Shown piece by piece: positions 28,068-38,680 of a stretch of 64,000 nt of DNA. This DNA is from Oscillospiraceae bacterium. GTDB lineage: Bacteria; Bacillota; Clostridia; Oscillospirales; CAG-272. The stretch covers positions 65,315 to 129,314 of the forward strand of contig SVSI01000002.1 of assembly GCA_015064385.1 (NCBI GenBank), in the 5' to 3' direction. The notes beneath the pieces were generated by a model, which was given only the letters and a program-made list of their open reading frames with translations, was not told the origin of the DNA and did no database searches. Both the position numbers and the translations under genes were made by a program. Numbering within the stretch: position 1 is the stretch's first letter; every line of letters begins with the position of its first letter.

Positions 28068-29792
28068 TCAGCCTCTCCATGCACTTACCGTTCCGTCAAC
28101 ACAGATTACCTGCGTAACCGTTGGATCGCTTATCCAAAATCTATCCAAATCTATTTCAGCCCATTGCTCCTTTGTTCCGTTGAACATCACACTTTTGATA
28201 TTGGGACATCCGCTAAACGCACCGGATTCAATGTGCTTTACACCGGCTCCTAACGTCAAACTTGTCAGATTATAGCAACCAGAGAACGCATGATAGCCGA
28301 TACTCTCCACGCTGTCCGGTATAGTTATGCTCTTGAGTTTTTCAAGACCGAAGAATGAATCTGTATCAAGACTCTTTACGCCATTTTCTATCACCAAACT
28401 CGTAACATTGTCGCAACCCGAAAATGCGTCGTATCCAATACTATTTACACTGCCGGGTATTGTCAAACTTGTAAGATGGTCACAACTATAAAACGCCCAC
28501 GCCTCAATACTTGTCACGCTTTCTGGTATATCTATACTAGTTATACCGCAATTCCTAAACGTCTCGTCACCAATACTCGTAACTCCGTACGGAATTTTTA
28601 CGCTTTTAAGCTTAAAACATCCCGTAAATGCCCGCACCCCAATACTTGTCACACTATCAGGAATATCTACGTTCACAAGATTTTTACAATCATAAAATAT
28701 AGCCGCGCCAATTCTGGTAACTCCGTTTGGTATGGTTATAATTGTAAGACCTGTACACCCATGAAACGCGGAATCACCAATACTTGTAACTCCTTCGGGT
28801 ATAGTTATTCCCGCAAGACTCGTACATCCGTTAAATGCGAAATCACCTATGCTTGTAACTCCTTCGGGTATAGTTATTCCCGTAAGACTCGTACATCCGT
28901 TAAATGCGAAATCACCTATGCTTGTTATATTATCGGGTATCTTTATACTCGTAATATTTTTACATCCCGAGAAAGACCTGTATTCCAATTTGCCGCCAGT
29001 TACAGTCACAGTGGTCAGTGACGCAGGAAGATAGCGGGGGTTGTGCACTAACTTGTCCTGATACCGCTGTGACACCTTGGTTCCGCCGTCATACATACTC
29101 GATCCAAAGATATATGAAAAAAGTGCCTCTTCGCTTCCGTATTCTGCGTCAATGCTGCCGCCAACAAAAGGAACTGTCATACTTTCAAGTCCGCCACAAC
29201 CGTCAAAGGCACTTTCGCCGATACTGTTTACATTATCAGGTATAGTTATATTTGTAAGACCCACGCACTTTTCAAATGCAGAAGTGCCTATACTCGTTAC
29301 GTTACTCGGTATGGTTATATTTGTAAGACTGCCACACCCCGAAAACAAGTAATTTTCAATGCTTGTCAAATTGTTAGAAAGAGTTATGCTTTTAAGATTT
29401 TTGCACCCATAAAATGCAGAATTACCGATACTCGTCACACCGTCCGGTATCCTTATGCTCACGAGACTGCTGCAACCATCAAACGCAAATCTACCAATAC
29501 TCGTTACGCTATCGGGGATAGTTATGTTTTTAAGACTAATACAGTCTTGGAACGCATAGTCCCCGATGACAGCCACCCCTTCGGGTATATCATAAGAGTT
29601 TTTTTCTTTGTTTTCAACACCGGTAATTTCATAACCGCGAGAAGTTTTCTCGTATTTATAATCAGACAACAGCGCAGGATCGATATATACGTCCAAGCTT
29701 GCGTCATCTGTGTTACACCCTGTCAAAAACACACCAATCAGTACCGCAACGCAAAAAAAGAATAAAACTGTTAATCTTAAAGTCGATTTCAT
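28068..29792 (-). CDS. BspA-type leucine-rich-repeat surface lipoprotein
   Basis: Lipoprotein signal MKSTLRLTVLFFFCVAVLIGVFLTGC. About 20 repeats of the ~23-aa unit ITIPdsVTSIGdsAFxGCtsL. AAGGAG RBS. Confidence 0.85.
   Translation of the reverse strand: MKSTLRLTVLFFFCVAVLIGVFLTGCNTDDASLDVYIDPALLSDYKYEKTSRGYEITGVENKEKNSYDIPEGVAVIGDYAFQDCISLKNITIPDSVTSIGRFAFDGCSSLVSIRIPDGVTSIGNSAFYGCKNLKSITLSNNLTSIENYLFSGCGSLTNITIPSNVTSIGTSAFEKCVGLTNITIPDNVNSIGESAFDGCGGLESMTVPFVGGSIDAEYGSEEALFSYIFGSSMYDGGTKVSQRYQDKLVHNPRYLPASLTTVTVTGGKLEYRSFSGCKNITSIKIPDNITSIGDFAFNGCTSLTGITIPEGVTSIGDFAFNGCTSLAGITIPEGVTSIGDSAFHGCTGLTIITIPNGVTRIGAAIFYDCKNLVNVDIPDSVTSIGVRAFTGCFKLKSVKIPYGVTSIGDETFRNCGITSIDIPESVTSIEAWAFYSCDHLTSLTIPGSVNSIGYDAFSGCDNVTSLVIENGVKSLDTDSFFGLEKLKSITIPDSVESIGYHAFSGCYNLTSLTLGAGVKHIESGAFSGCPNIKSVMFNGTKEQWAEIDLDRFWISDPTVTQVICVDGTVSAWRG
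28783..28920. repeat. 69-bp tandem duplication inside the LRR gene (2 units, 1 mismatch)
   Basis: Units 28783-28851 and 28852-28920 differ only at CCCGCAAG vs CCCGTAAG. They encode TSIGDFAFNGCTSL(T/A)GITIPEGV twice. Confidence 0.9.
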
Positions 29793-29872
29793 AACGGTCT
29801 CCTTATACTGTATTTTTCTACATTATACTCTCTTTTCATTTATTTGTCAAGAAAACACATATCATCTAGGCA

Positions 29873-29905
29873 AAAAACCGCGAGAGCTTTGCCCTCGCGG
29901 TTTTT
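29873..29905. terminator. prmA terminator
   Basis: AAAAAACCGCGAG-AGCTTTGCC-CTCGCGGTTTTT, 18 nt downstream of the prmA stop on the minus strand. Confidence 0.75.
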
Positions 29906-29922
29906 CCTTAATTATTCATTAT

Positions 29923-30840
29923 TTACTTCTCAAATACGAGCGCGTACCAATCGTTATCGGTACCTGCGTCGCAGAGCTTCAGTCCGTGTGCGGTCATTGC
30001 CGCCTCGACGTCCTTTTCCCTGCCCTCGATTATTCCCGAGCAGACGAGCTTTGCGCCGTCCTCGAGGTAGTCGGCAATATCCTCTGACATACGGATAAGT
30101 ATATCGGCAACGATATTTGCCATAGCGAAGGTGTATTTTCCGCCCGTAAGATCAACGTCCGCGAGCAGATCTGACACAGCGCACGAGAATCCCTCAACGC
30201 CGTTTTCCGCCGCGTTTTCAAGCGCAACGTTCACAGCGGACGAGTCTATATCGTACGCATTTGCGCTCTTTGCTCCGAGCTTCAGCGCAAAAAGGGACAA
30301 AATTCCGCTTCCCGTACCAATATCGAGCACTCTTGCGCCCTTTTCCATGTGCTTTTCGACCATTGCCGCACAAAGACGGGTAGTCTCGTGCGTTCCCGAT
30401 CCGAAAGCCATTCCGGGGTCCATCTTGATAATGACCTCGCCGTCCTTTTCCTCGTAGGTCTCCCAAGTGGGAACGACGACGAGCTTTTCGCCAATATGTA
30501 GGGGATGGTAATGCGCCTTCCAAGCGTTTTCCCAGTCGGTCTCGTCAAGTCCCGAAAGGGTTATCTCGGCGTCTATCTCGGACGCGTCAAGGCGTTCTTT
30601 TATAAACGCAACGTATTCGTTATAGTTCTTATCCTCGGGTACGAATATGCTCACCGAGATCGCCTCGCGGTCTGCCGAGAGTATGCTCTCGTCGATAAGC
30701 TCACCGTAAACGGTCATAAGATTTTCTTCAATATCGCTGAAATCCTCGATCATTATGCTCGGATCTATCATTGAAACGATAGCCGAGATGTTTTCGAGGT
30801 CTTTAAGGCGTCCGCTGACTTTAAGCTGAGTCCAGATCAT
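29923..30840 (-). CDS. prmA: ribosomal protein L11 methyltransferase
   Basis: WENAWKAHYHPLHIG, PGMAFGSGTHETT and VLDIGTGSGILS. It lies downstream of dnaJ, as in Bacillus. Confidence 0.9.
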   Translation of the reverse strand: MIWTQLKVSGRLKDLENISAIVSMIDPSIMIEDFSDIEENLMTVYGELIDESILSADREAISVSIFVPEDKNYNEYVAFIKERLDASEIDAEITLSGLDETDWENAWKAHYHPLHIGEKLVVVPTWETYEEKDGEVIIKMDPGMAFGSGTHETTRLCAAMVEKHMEKGARVLDIGTGSGILSLFALKLGAKSANAYDIDSSAVNVALENAAENGVEGFSCAVSDLLADVDLTGGKYTFAMANIVADILIRMSEDIADYLEDGAKLVCSGIIEGREKDVEAAMTAHGLKLCDAGTDNDWYALVFEK

Positions 30841-30852
30841 ATTTTTATTTCC

Positions 30853-32001
30853 TTATTTTCCGAATATCTTTTTAACAAAATCGCGTTTTTTCGCAAAATT
30901 TCCCTGTCCGCACGATTCGGAGAATTCACGCAGTATATCCTTCTGCTTACCCGTGAGGTTCTTCGGAGTCTCAACGGTAACGGTGAAATGAAGATCGCCG
31001 TTTCCGCGTCCGTTTATAACCTTTATTCCCTTACCTCTCATAGTAAAGGTGGTACCGGTCTGCGTACCCTCGGGGATCTTATATTTTTCGCTCGTGCCGT
31101 CGAGCATCGGGACGTCTATATCACCGCCGAGCGCCGCCTCAACGAATGTGATCGGCACGTCAACGTAAACGTCGTATCCGTCTCTCTGGAAGAACTTATG
31201 CGGTCTTACCGAAATGTAAACGAAAAGGTCGCCTGCGGGGCCGCCGTTAGCACCGTCGTTACCGTAGCCCTTACGCGCCACGCGCTGTCCCTCGTCAATT
31301 CCCGCGGGAATATTGATCTCGATATTCTTTTTGACTCTGACTTTTCCGTTTCCACGGCATTCGGAGCACGGATTTTTCACTATCTTACCCTTGCCGCCGC
31401 AGGTATCACAGACCTTGGTAGTCTGCATCATTCCGAGCATAGTGCGCTGCGTTACTCTGACTTGTCCGCTTCCGTGACAGGTCGGGCAGGTCTCGGGAGA
31501 GCTTCCCGGTGCCGCGCCGCTTCCGTGACAGGTCGAGCAGTTTTCTATCCTTGAATAATTTATTTCCTTTTTGCAACCGAAGACGGCTTCCTCAAAGGTC
31601 AGCGTCAGACGGAGAGAAAGATCGTCTCCGCGCATCGGACCGTTTCGTCTTTGCGAGGACGAGCCGCCGAATCCGCCGCCAAACATCGAGCTGAATATAT
31701 CGCCGAGATCGGAAAAATCTCCGAATCCGCCGCTAAATCCGCCGCCGTATCCACCCGCGCCTGCCGCGGGATCGAACGCGTCGTGTCCGAAGCGGTCGTA
31801 CTTTGCTCTCTTTTCGCTGTCCGAGAGCACCGAATACGCTTCGTTGACTTCCTTGAACTTCGTTTCGGCTTCGGGATCTCCCGAGTTCATATCGGGATGA
31901 TATTTTTTAGCAAGCGTTCTGTATGCTTTTTTTATAGTATCGTCGTCGGCATTCTTATCCACACCGAGGATCTCGTAGTAGTCACGCTTTGCGTCGGCCA
32001 T
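30853..32001 (-). CDS. dnaJ: molecular chaperone DnaJ
   Basis: J-domain DYYEILGV...[14 protein letters not shown], a G/F region and four CxxCxGxG zinc motifs. Confidence 0.97.
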   Translation of the reverse strand: MADAKRDYYEILGVDKNADDDTIKKAYRTLAKKYHPDMNSGDPEAETKFKEVNEAYSVLSDSEKRAKYDRFGHDAFDPAAGAGGYGGGFSGGFGDFSDLGDIFSSMFGGGFGGSSSQRRNGPMRGDDLSLRLTLTFEEAVFGCKKEINYSRIENCSTCHGSGAAPGSSPETCPTCHGSGQVRVTQRTMLGMMQTTKVCDTCGGKGKIVKNPCSECRGNGKVRVKKNIEINIPAGIDEGQRVARKGYGNDGANGGPAGDLFVYISVRPHKFFQRDGYDVYVDVPITFVEAALGGDIDVPMLDGTSEKYKIPEGTQTGTTFTMRGKGIKVINGRGNGDLHFTVTVETPKNLTGKQKDILREFSESCGQGNFAKKRDFVKKIFGK

Positions 32002-32050
32002 AAACCGTTTTCTCCTTTGTTTTTATACTTGGGGCGTTGCTCCACCCCAC

Positions 32051-32097
32051 CGGAAAACTTTTTGGAAAAAGTTTTCCGTACTTTCAAAAACTTTACT
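32051..32097 (-). repeat. palindromic intergenic element, copy C1 (reverse)
   Basis: CGGAAAACTTTTT-GG-AAAAAGTTTTCCG followed by TACTTTCAAAAACTTTACT (the flank in reverse complement). It sits in the dnaK-dnaJ spacer. Confidence 0.7.
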
Positions 32098-32110
32098 AAA
32101 ATATTTTTAA

Positions 32111-32160
32111 TCAAAGTTTTTGAGGGTTTTAGGGGACTTTTTTTCAAAAAGTCCCCTAAG
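32111..32160 (+). repeat. palindromic intergenic element, copy C2 (forward)
   Basis: TCAAAGTTTTTGAGGGTTTT followed by the hairpin TAGGGGACTTTTT-TTC-AAAAAGTCCCCTA. Confidence 0.7.
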
Positions 32161-32170
32161 TCATTTTAAT

Positions 32171-34063
<1,893 letters not shown>

Positions 34064-34079
34064 TTAGCTTGTTTTATTC

Positions 34080-34613
34080 TCAGTTTGCCACTTTGACCAT
34101 AGCATATCTGATTATTTTATCGCCTCTGCGATAACCCTTGCGGAATACCTCGACTATCTCACCCTCACCGTAAGCATCATCCTCGATATGCATTACCGCG
34201 TTATGGACGTTGGGATCAAAGGTCTTGGTCTCGATTTCGGTAACGCCCATCTTTTCAAAGACCTCAAACGCCTGACTCAGTATCATTTGGACACCCTCCG
34301 CCAGCTTATCACCGCTTGAGAATTTGCTTGCCGTCTCGAAATTGTCGATAATGGGCAGAAGCTGCTCGATTATGTCCGCGTAAGAATCGGAATATATCTG
34401 TTCCTTTTCCTTTTGCGTACGCCGTCTGAAATTGTCGTACTCCGCCGCAAGACGAAGATATTTGTCCTTTTCAAGCGCCAGCTCCTGCTGCAGCTTTTCG
34501 TTTTCTTCCTTTAGTGCGGTTATTTCCTTTTTGGATTTCTTTTCGCACTTGGGAGTTTTTTCTTCGCATTCGCACTCGTCTGCGATGCCGTTCACCTTAT
34601 TTTCTTCAGTCAT
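34080..34613 (-). CDS. grpE: nucleotide exchange factor GrpE
   Basis: Coiled-coil N-terminus, LRLAAEYDNFRRRTQKE and the C-terminal GYRRGDKIIRYAMVKV. Confidence 0.95.
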   Translation of the reverse strand: MTEENKVNGIADECECEEKTPKCEKKSKKEITALKEENEKLQQELALEKDKYLRLAAEYDNFRRRTQKEKEQIYSDSYADIIEQLLPIIDNFETASKFSSGDKLAEGVQMILSQAFEVFEKMGVTEIETKTFDPNVHNAVMHIEDDAYGEGEIVEVFRKGYRRGDKIIRYAMVKVAN

Positions 34614-35691
34614 TTTCTTCTCCTTCTGCCGTTAGTTTCTCGGGTATAAGGTTGCTCGCGCTGTCCGATTTCATATGTTCGGTTATGCTCTGCACGAGTT
34701 GATCAACGGTTGATATAACCTTTGAATAATCCATACGGCAAGGTCCGATAACGCCGATAGCGCCCACCTTTTTGCCGTCTATCGAGATCGTTTTCAAAAC
34801 GAGAGTGGAATCGTTCATAGTATGGACGGTGTTTTCCGAGCCGATAAACACACTGACTCCATTCTCGTCCGTGTTTTCAACGAGTTCGAGAAGCGAATCC
34901 CTCTGCTCGAGCGTACTTAGTACCGAACGGAGCTTATCAACGCTTGAATATTCGGGGTACCCGAGAAGGCGGTCAACGCCGTCAACTCTTACGTTGCCGT
35001 TCGAATCCTCTCCGAGCGCCTCGTATATACACTTGATGATCGGAGTTACCAAAACGCCGTATGATCCGAGCATATTTTCAAGCTCCATCATCTGGGCAAG
35101 AGTGAGCGCATCAAGACGGACGTCCACGAGATACTTATTAAGAACTCCCTGAAGCATTAAAAGTGACTGCTCGTCCAAACGAACGGGTGACTTCACGGTT
35201 TTCGTCTTAACTACGTTTTGCGGGAGTATCATTATTAAAAGGAAGTGAAAATCGTCTGCATAGACTATGCTGAATTTAAGCACCTTGCTGACACGGTTCA
35301 CCGAGCGAACAGATATCGCGGGATAGTTCGTCAGCGAAGCCATAAGACGGCCCGCCGAATCGATTATCTTATCAAGCTGCTCCTCTTTGTCTCGCAGCAT
35401 ATCCTGAAGACTTGTCATCTCGCTTGCCGTAAGGTCGTAGCTTTGCATAAGCGAATCTACGTAAAAGCGATAGCCCTTCTCGGACGGTACTCTTCCCGCC
35501 GAGGTGTGCGGCTGTGCAAGATATCCCATCTCGGTAAGCTCTGCCATCTCGTTGCGAAGGGTTGCGGGAGACAGCGATATCGTGTCGAGCGAGGCAAGGA
35601 ATTTAGATCCGACCGGCTCACCCGAAGAGATGTATTCTTCAATTACTGCTTTGAGAATAGTCTTTTTTCTCTCGCTAAGCACTGAGCTCAT
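34606..35691 (-). CDS. hrcA: heat-inducible transcription repressor HrcA
   Basis: LSERKKTILKAVIEEYISSGEPVGSKFL...SPATLRNEMAELTEMGYLAQPHTSAGRVPSEKGYRFYVD. A CIRCE element lies upstream. Confidence 0.95.
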   Translation of the reverse strand: MSSVLSERKKTILKAVIEEYISSGEPVGSKFLASLDTISLSPATLRNEMAELTEMGYLAQPHTSAGRVPSEKGYRFYVDSLMQSYDLTASEMTSLQDMLRDKEEQLDKIIDSAGRLMASLTNYPAISVRSVNRVSKVLKFSIVYADDFHFLLIMILPQNVVKTKTVKSPVRLDEQSLLMLQGVLNKYLVDVRLDALTLAQMMELENMLGSYGVLVTPIIKCIYEALGEDSNGNVRVDGVDRLLGYPEYSSVDKLRSVLSTLEQRDSLLELVENTDENGVSVFIGSENTVHTMNDSTLVLKTISIDGKKVGAIGVIGPCRMDYSKVISTVDQLVQSITEHMKSDSASNLIPEKLTAEGEEND

Positions 35692-35718
35692 TGTTTTTCT
35701 CCTATTTTCTGCTTCGTT

Positions 35719-35745
35719 TTAGCACTCTTTCGACTTGAGTGCTAA
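35719..35745. promoter_or_regulatory. CIRCE operator (HrcA binding site)
   Basis: Perfect TTAGCACTC-N9-GAGTGCTAA, 28 nt upstream of the hrcA ATG. Confidence 0.95.
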
Positions 35746-35904
35746 ACTACGATATAAATTTACCATACAAATAGGGATATTTATAGCATATTTTATGAAC
35801 TTTCTGTAAACACCGCTTCGCTTTTTGTTTTTTCGGCACTCGGAGTGCTCGTTCGCGATATTTTCGACAAAAAGCAAAATAATCCGAAAACCTCTGAAAT
35901 ACTC

Positions 35905-35933
35905 TTGACAAAGCTAGTATAATGGTGTAAAAT
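35905..35933 (+). promoter_or_regulatory. promoter of the glycine riboswitch-agcS transcript
   Basis: TTGACA (35905-35910), 17-nt spacer, TAAAAT (35928-35933). Confidence 0.55.
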
Positions 35934-35959
35934 ACTGTCATACCGAGTTTATCGGTACG

Positions 35960-36131
35960 AAACCGGCAGGAGATAGCATATAAATGCTGACCGAAGGAGT
36001 AAATCTCTCAGGTGTTGCGTCTCTGGCAACGTGGACTGTCGGCGGATAAAACTCTGAAGAAGCCCGTTAGATCGGGGGCCGAAGGTGCAAAGCTGCGTTT
36101 TGCAGTCAATCTCTCAGGCAAAAGGACGGAG
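35960..36131 (+). promoter_or_regulatory. tandem glycine riboswitch (two aptamers)
   Basis: Aptamer 1: GGAGA..ACCGAAGGAGUAA..CUCUCAGG...GGAC. Aptamer 2: CUCUGAAGA..GGGGGCCGAAGGUGCAA..CUCUCAGGCAAAAGGACGGAG. Both match the conserved glycine-aptamer cores. An alanine/glycine symporter lies downstream. Confidence 0.8.
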
Positions 36132-36279
36132 TCAAAGTATTTAATATTTAGGCGTATTTTCGCGTCTCTATATTCATTTACCGTGTCTTTATACTTTTAC
36201 TTAGGGCCTTGCTCTTTCGGCGAGACCTTGTTTTATTTTGCGATCCATAACATAACACATATAAAAGGAAGGAAGAAAA

Positions 36280-37788
36280 ATGGAGAAATTTTTAGCAGCC
36301 GTTGAGAAGGTCAACTCGGCGGTCAACAACGTAGTATGGGGAGTGCCCGCGCTCGTACTTCTGATCGGAACGGGAATACTCATAACGATTCTGACAAAAT
36401 TCTTTCAGTTTACGCGTTTCGGGCACGTAATAAAGGAAACGGTCGGATCACTTTTCAAGAAAAAGGACATTCTTAAAAGCAGTGATAAAAAGTCTATCTC
36501 GCAGTTCCAGGCGCTTTGCACTGCTCTTTCGGCAACTATCGGAACGGGTAACATCGTAGGTATTGCTCTTGCAATCACGATGGGAGGTCCCGGCGCGGTA
36601 TTCTGGATGTGGGTAGCCGCAATATTCGGAATGATGACGAACTATGCGGAAAACGTACTCGGAATATATTTCCGCAGAAAGAATGCAAAAGGCGAATGGG
36701 CAGGCGGCGCTATGTACTACTTGCGAGACGGTCTGGGCTCATACAAGGGATTTAAGACGATAGGAAAAATCCTTGCCGTACTCTTCTCTATATTTGCACT
36801 TATGGCATCCTTCGGAATTGGAAATATGGGACAGGTTGCCTCAATAACCGAAAGTGTTGGTGCGGTAGTCACCGTTGACGGCGCAGAAAAATGGCTCCCT
36901 TGGGTGATCGGTATCGTTCTTATGATAGTCGGCGCGCTCGTTATACTCGGCGGAATAAAGAGAATCGCAAGGGTCAACGAGATGCTCGTTCCCTTTATGG
37001 CGGGATTCTACATAATCGGCGCAATAGTAATAATTTGCATGAATATAGGTCAGGTAGGCCCTGCCTTTGCCGCTATTTTCAAGGGCGCGTTCAATATGCG
37101 CGCAGCAAGCGGAGGTATCTCGGGCGCAATTATAGCACAGGCAATAACCTGGGGCTTCAAGCGCGGAGTGTTCTCTAACGAAGCGGGACTCGGCTCGTCC
37201 GTAATGGTACACTCGTCCTCTAACGTAAAGGAGCCCGCAATTCAGGGCGCTTGGGGTATTTTCGAGGTATTCTTCGATACGATAATAGTTTGCACCCTTA
37301 CCGCACTCGTTATCCTCACCAGCGGAGTTTTCGACCTTACCACCAATACGGCAGTTGACGGACTCACCAAGCTCGGACTTGCAACGAGAGCGTTCACCGA
37401 AAGCTTCGGAGCGTTCGGCGGTATCTTTATGGCGGTAGCCGTAACCCTGTTCGCATTCTCTACCGTTCTCGGCTGGAGCCACTACGGAACTATCGCTTGG
37501 CAGTACCTTTTCGGAACGAAGTCGGTAGTTATATACAAGTTCATATTCGTCGGAATGATACTGGTCAGCTCGACCATCAATGCAACTCTTGCAATAGATC
37601 TCTCGGACACCTTCAACGGTCTTATGGCGATTCCCAACCTCATAGGCGTCATATCCCTCTCGGGACTCGTAGTTAAGATAACGAACAACTACGTTGCGCG
37701 AAAGATAAAGAAAAAGACCGACGTAAAGCCGATGTATTCGGCATTCGAAGACATTCAGAAGATGCAGGAAGAAAGCGCAGAAGAATAA
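36280..37788 (+). CDS. agcS: alanine/glycine:cation symporter (AGCS family)
   Basis: SQFQALCTALSATIGTGNIVG, YAENVLGIYFR and FSNEAGLGSS motifs, with about 11 TM segments. Confidence 0.9.
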   Translation: MEKFLAAVEKVNSAVNNVVWGVPALVLLIGTGILITILTKFFQFTRFGHVIKETVGSLFKKKDILKSSDKKSISQFQALCTALSATIGTGNIVGIALAITMGGPGAVFWMWVAAIFGMMTNYAENVLGIYFRRKNAKGEWAGGAMYYLRDGLGSYKGFKTIGKILAVLFSIFALMASFGIGNMGQVASITESVGAVVTVDGAEKWLPWVIGIVLMIVGALVILGGIKRIARVNEMLVPFMAGFYIIGAIVIICMNIGQVGPAFAAIFKGAFNMRAASGGISGAIIAQAITWGFKRGVFSNEAGLGSSVMVHSSSNVKEPAIQGAWGIFEVFFDTIIVCTLTALVILTSGVFDLTTNTAVDGLTKLGLATRAFTESFGAFGGIFMAVAVTLFAFSTVLGWSHYGTIAWQYLFGTKSVVIYKFIFVGMILVSSTINATLAIDLSDTFNGLMAIPNLIGVISLSGLVVKITNNYVARKIKKKTDVKPMYSAFEDIQKMQEESAEE

Positions 37789-37826
37789 AACCACCCCCGA
37801 CAAGCACTTGTCGGGGGTCTCTTTTT
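37788..37826. terminator. bidirectional terminator
   Basis: CCCCCGACAAG-CA-CTTGTCGGGGG followed by TCTCTTTTT. It overlaps the stop of the convergent DMT gene. Confidence 0.8.
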
Positions 37827-38679
37827 ATAAATTCAGTGCCACGATGGCAAGTATTCCGAGCAGCATACCGAGCCACTGCTGCCACTGTAACTTTTCCTTG
37901 TAGAAAAAGATCGCGATAAGCGAGGCAAGTACTACGCCGCCCGCAGAAATGATAGGAAACATTACCGATGCGGGAAGTCGGTTTGAGAGCACCAAAACGA
38001 GATAATTGACCACTCCGTTTGCCACTCCGCAGAGAGTAAAGTGCCAAAATCCGCGTTTACATTGCACGAAAGCATTTTTTCGCTCGGTAAACGCCGTCAT
38101 TGTCGCCATAACCAAAACGGCGATGATAAGCGCTACGATCATAAGCTCGTTTTTGTAAAGTCCGCCTGACGATATCTGTTGAAGCTTTTGCACCGTCGAG
38201 CACGCGCCGTTACCGACAAATGCCACGAGCACGCATATGCCCCATTTTAGCGTTATCCTGCGCTCGGACGTTTTCTTCTCGATATTAACGAGAACAAGCG
38301 AGCAAAGAAGAAGCAGTATACCGATAATAAGCCACTCTGACGTCGGCTCGCCAAGAAAGGCAAGTCCGTACAAGGTGGGAATTATAAGCGAGCACGAAAT
38401 GAAAAGAGAGGTAAGCGAGAGCGGTCCGCATTTGATCGCGTATATAGAGGCAACTACTCCCACGATATATGATAGCGCAAACGCCATCGACCACCAAAGG
38501 GTTTCAACGTTAAAGTCGAGCCTTCCTCCCGACGTAATGAAAAATATGACGAGAGCCGCCAACGCGCTACCCGCGGAAAAGCTGTAAACCCCTCCGCCGA
38601 CACGCAGATTATACGATTTTTTCGCAACGTTCTGCACCGATATGCAAATTATGATAAGACAAAGCAGAATAAAATTCAT
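37825..38679 (-). CDS. DMT/EamA-like 10-TM transporter
   Basis: 284 aa and highly hydrophobic, with a two-half (5+5 TM) organisation. Its ATG lies 1 nt after the TGA of the upstream gene, and a GAGGTG RBS sits inside that gene. Confidence 0.6.
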   Translation of the reverse strand: MNFILLCLIIICISVQNVAKKSYNLRVGGGVYSFSAGSALAALVIFFITSGGRLDFNVETLWWSMAFALSYIVGVVASIYAIKCGPLSLTSLFISCSLIIPTLYGLAFLGEPTSEWLIIGILLLLCSLVLVNIEKKTSERRITLKWGICVLVAFVGNGACSTVQKLQQISSGGLYKNELMIVALIIAVLVMATMTAFTERKNAFVQCKRGFWHFTLCGVANGVVNYLVLVLSNRLPASVMFPIISAGGVVLASLIAIFFYKEKLQWQQWLGMLLGILAIVALNL

Positions 38680-38680
38680 A

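Noticed and set aside
36132-36279. Intrinsic terminator as the expression platform of the glycine riboswitch
   Set aside because: A T-tract is present, but I could not pair a convincing GC stem upstream of it by inspection. I therefore did not annotate a terminator.
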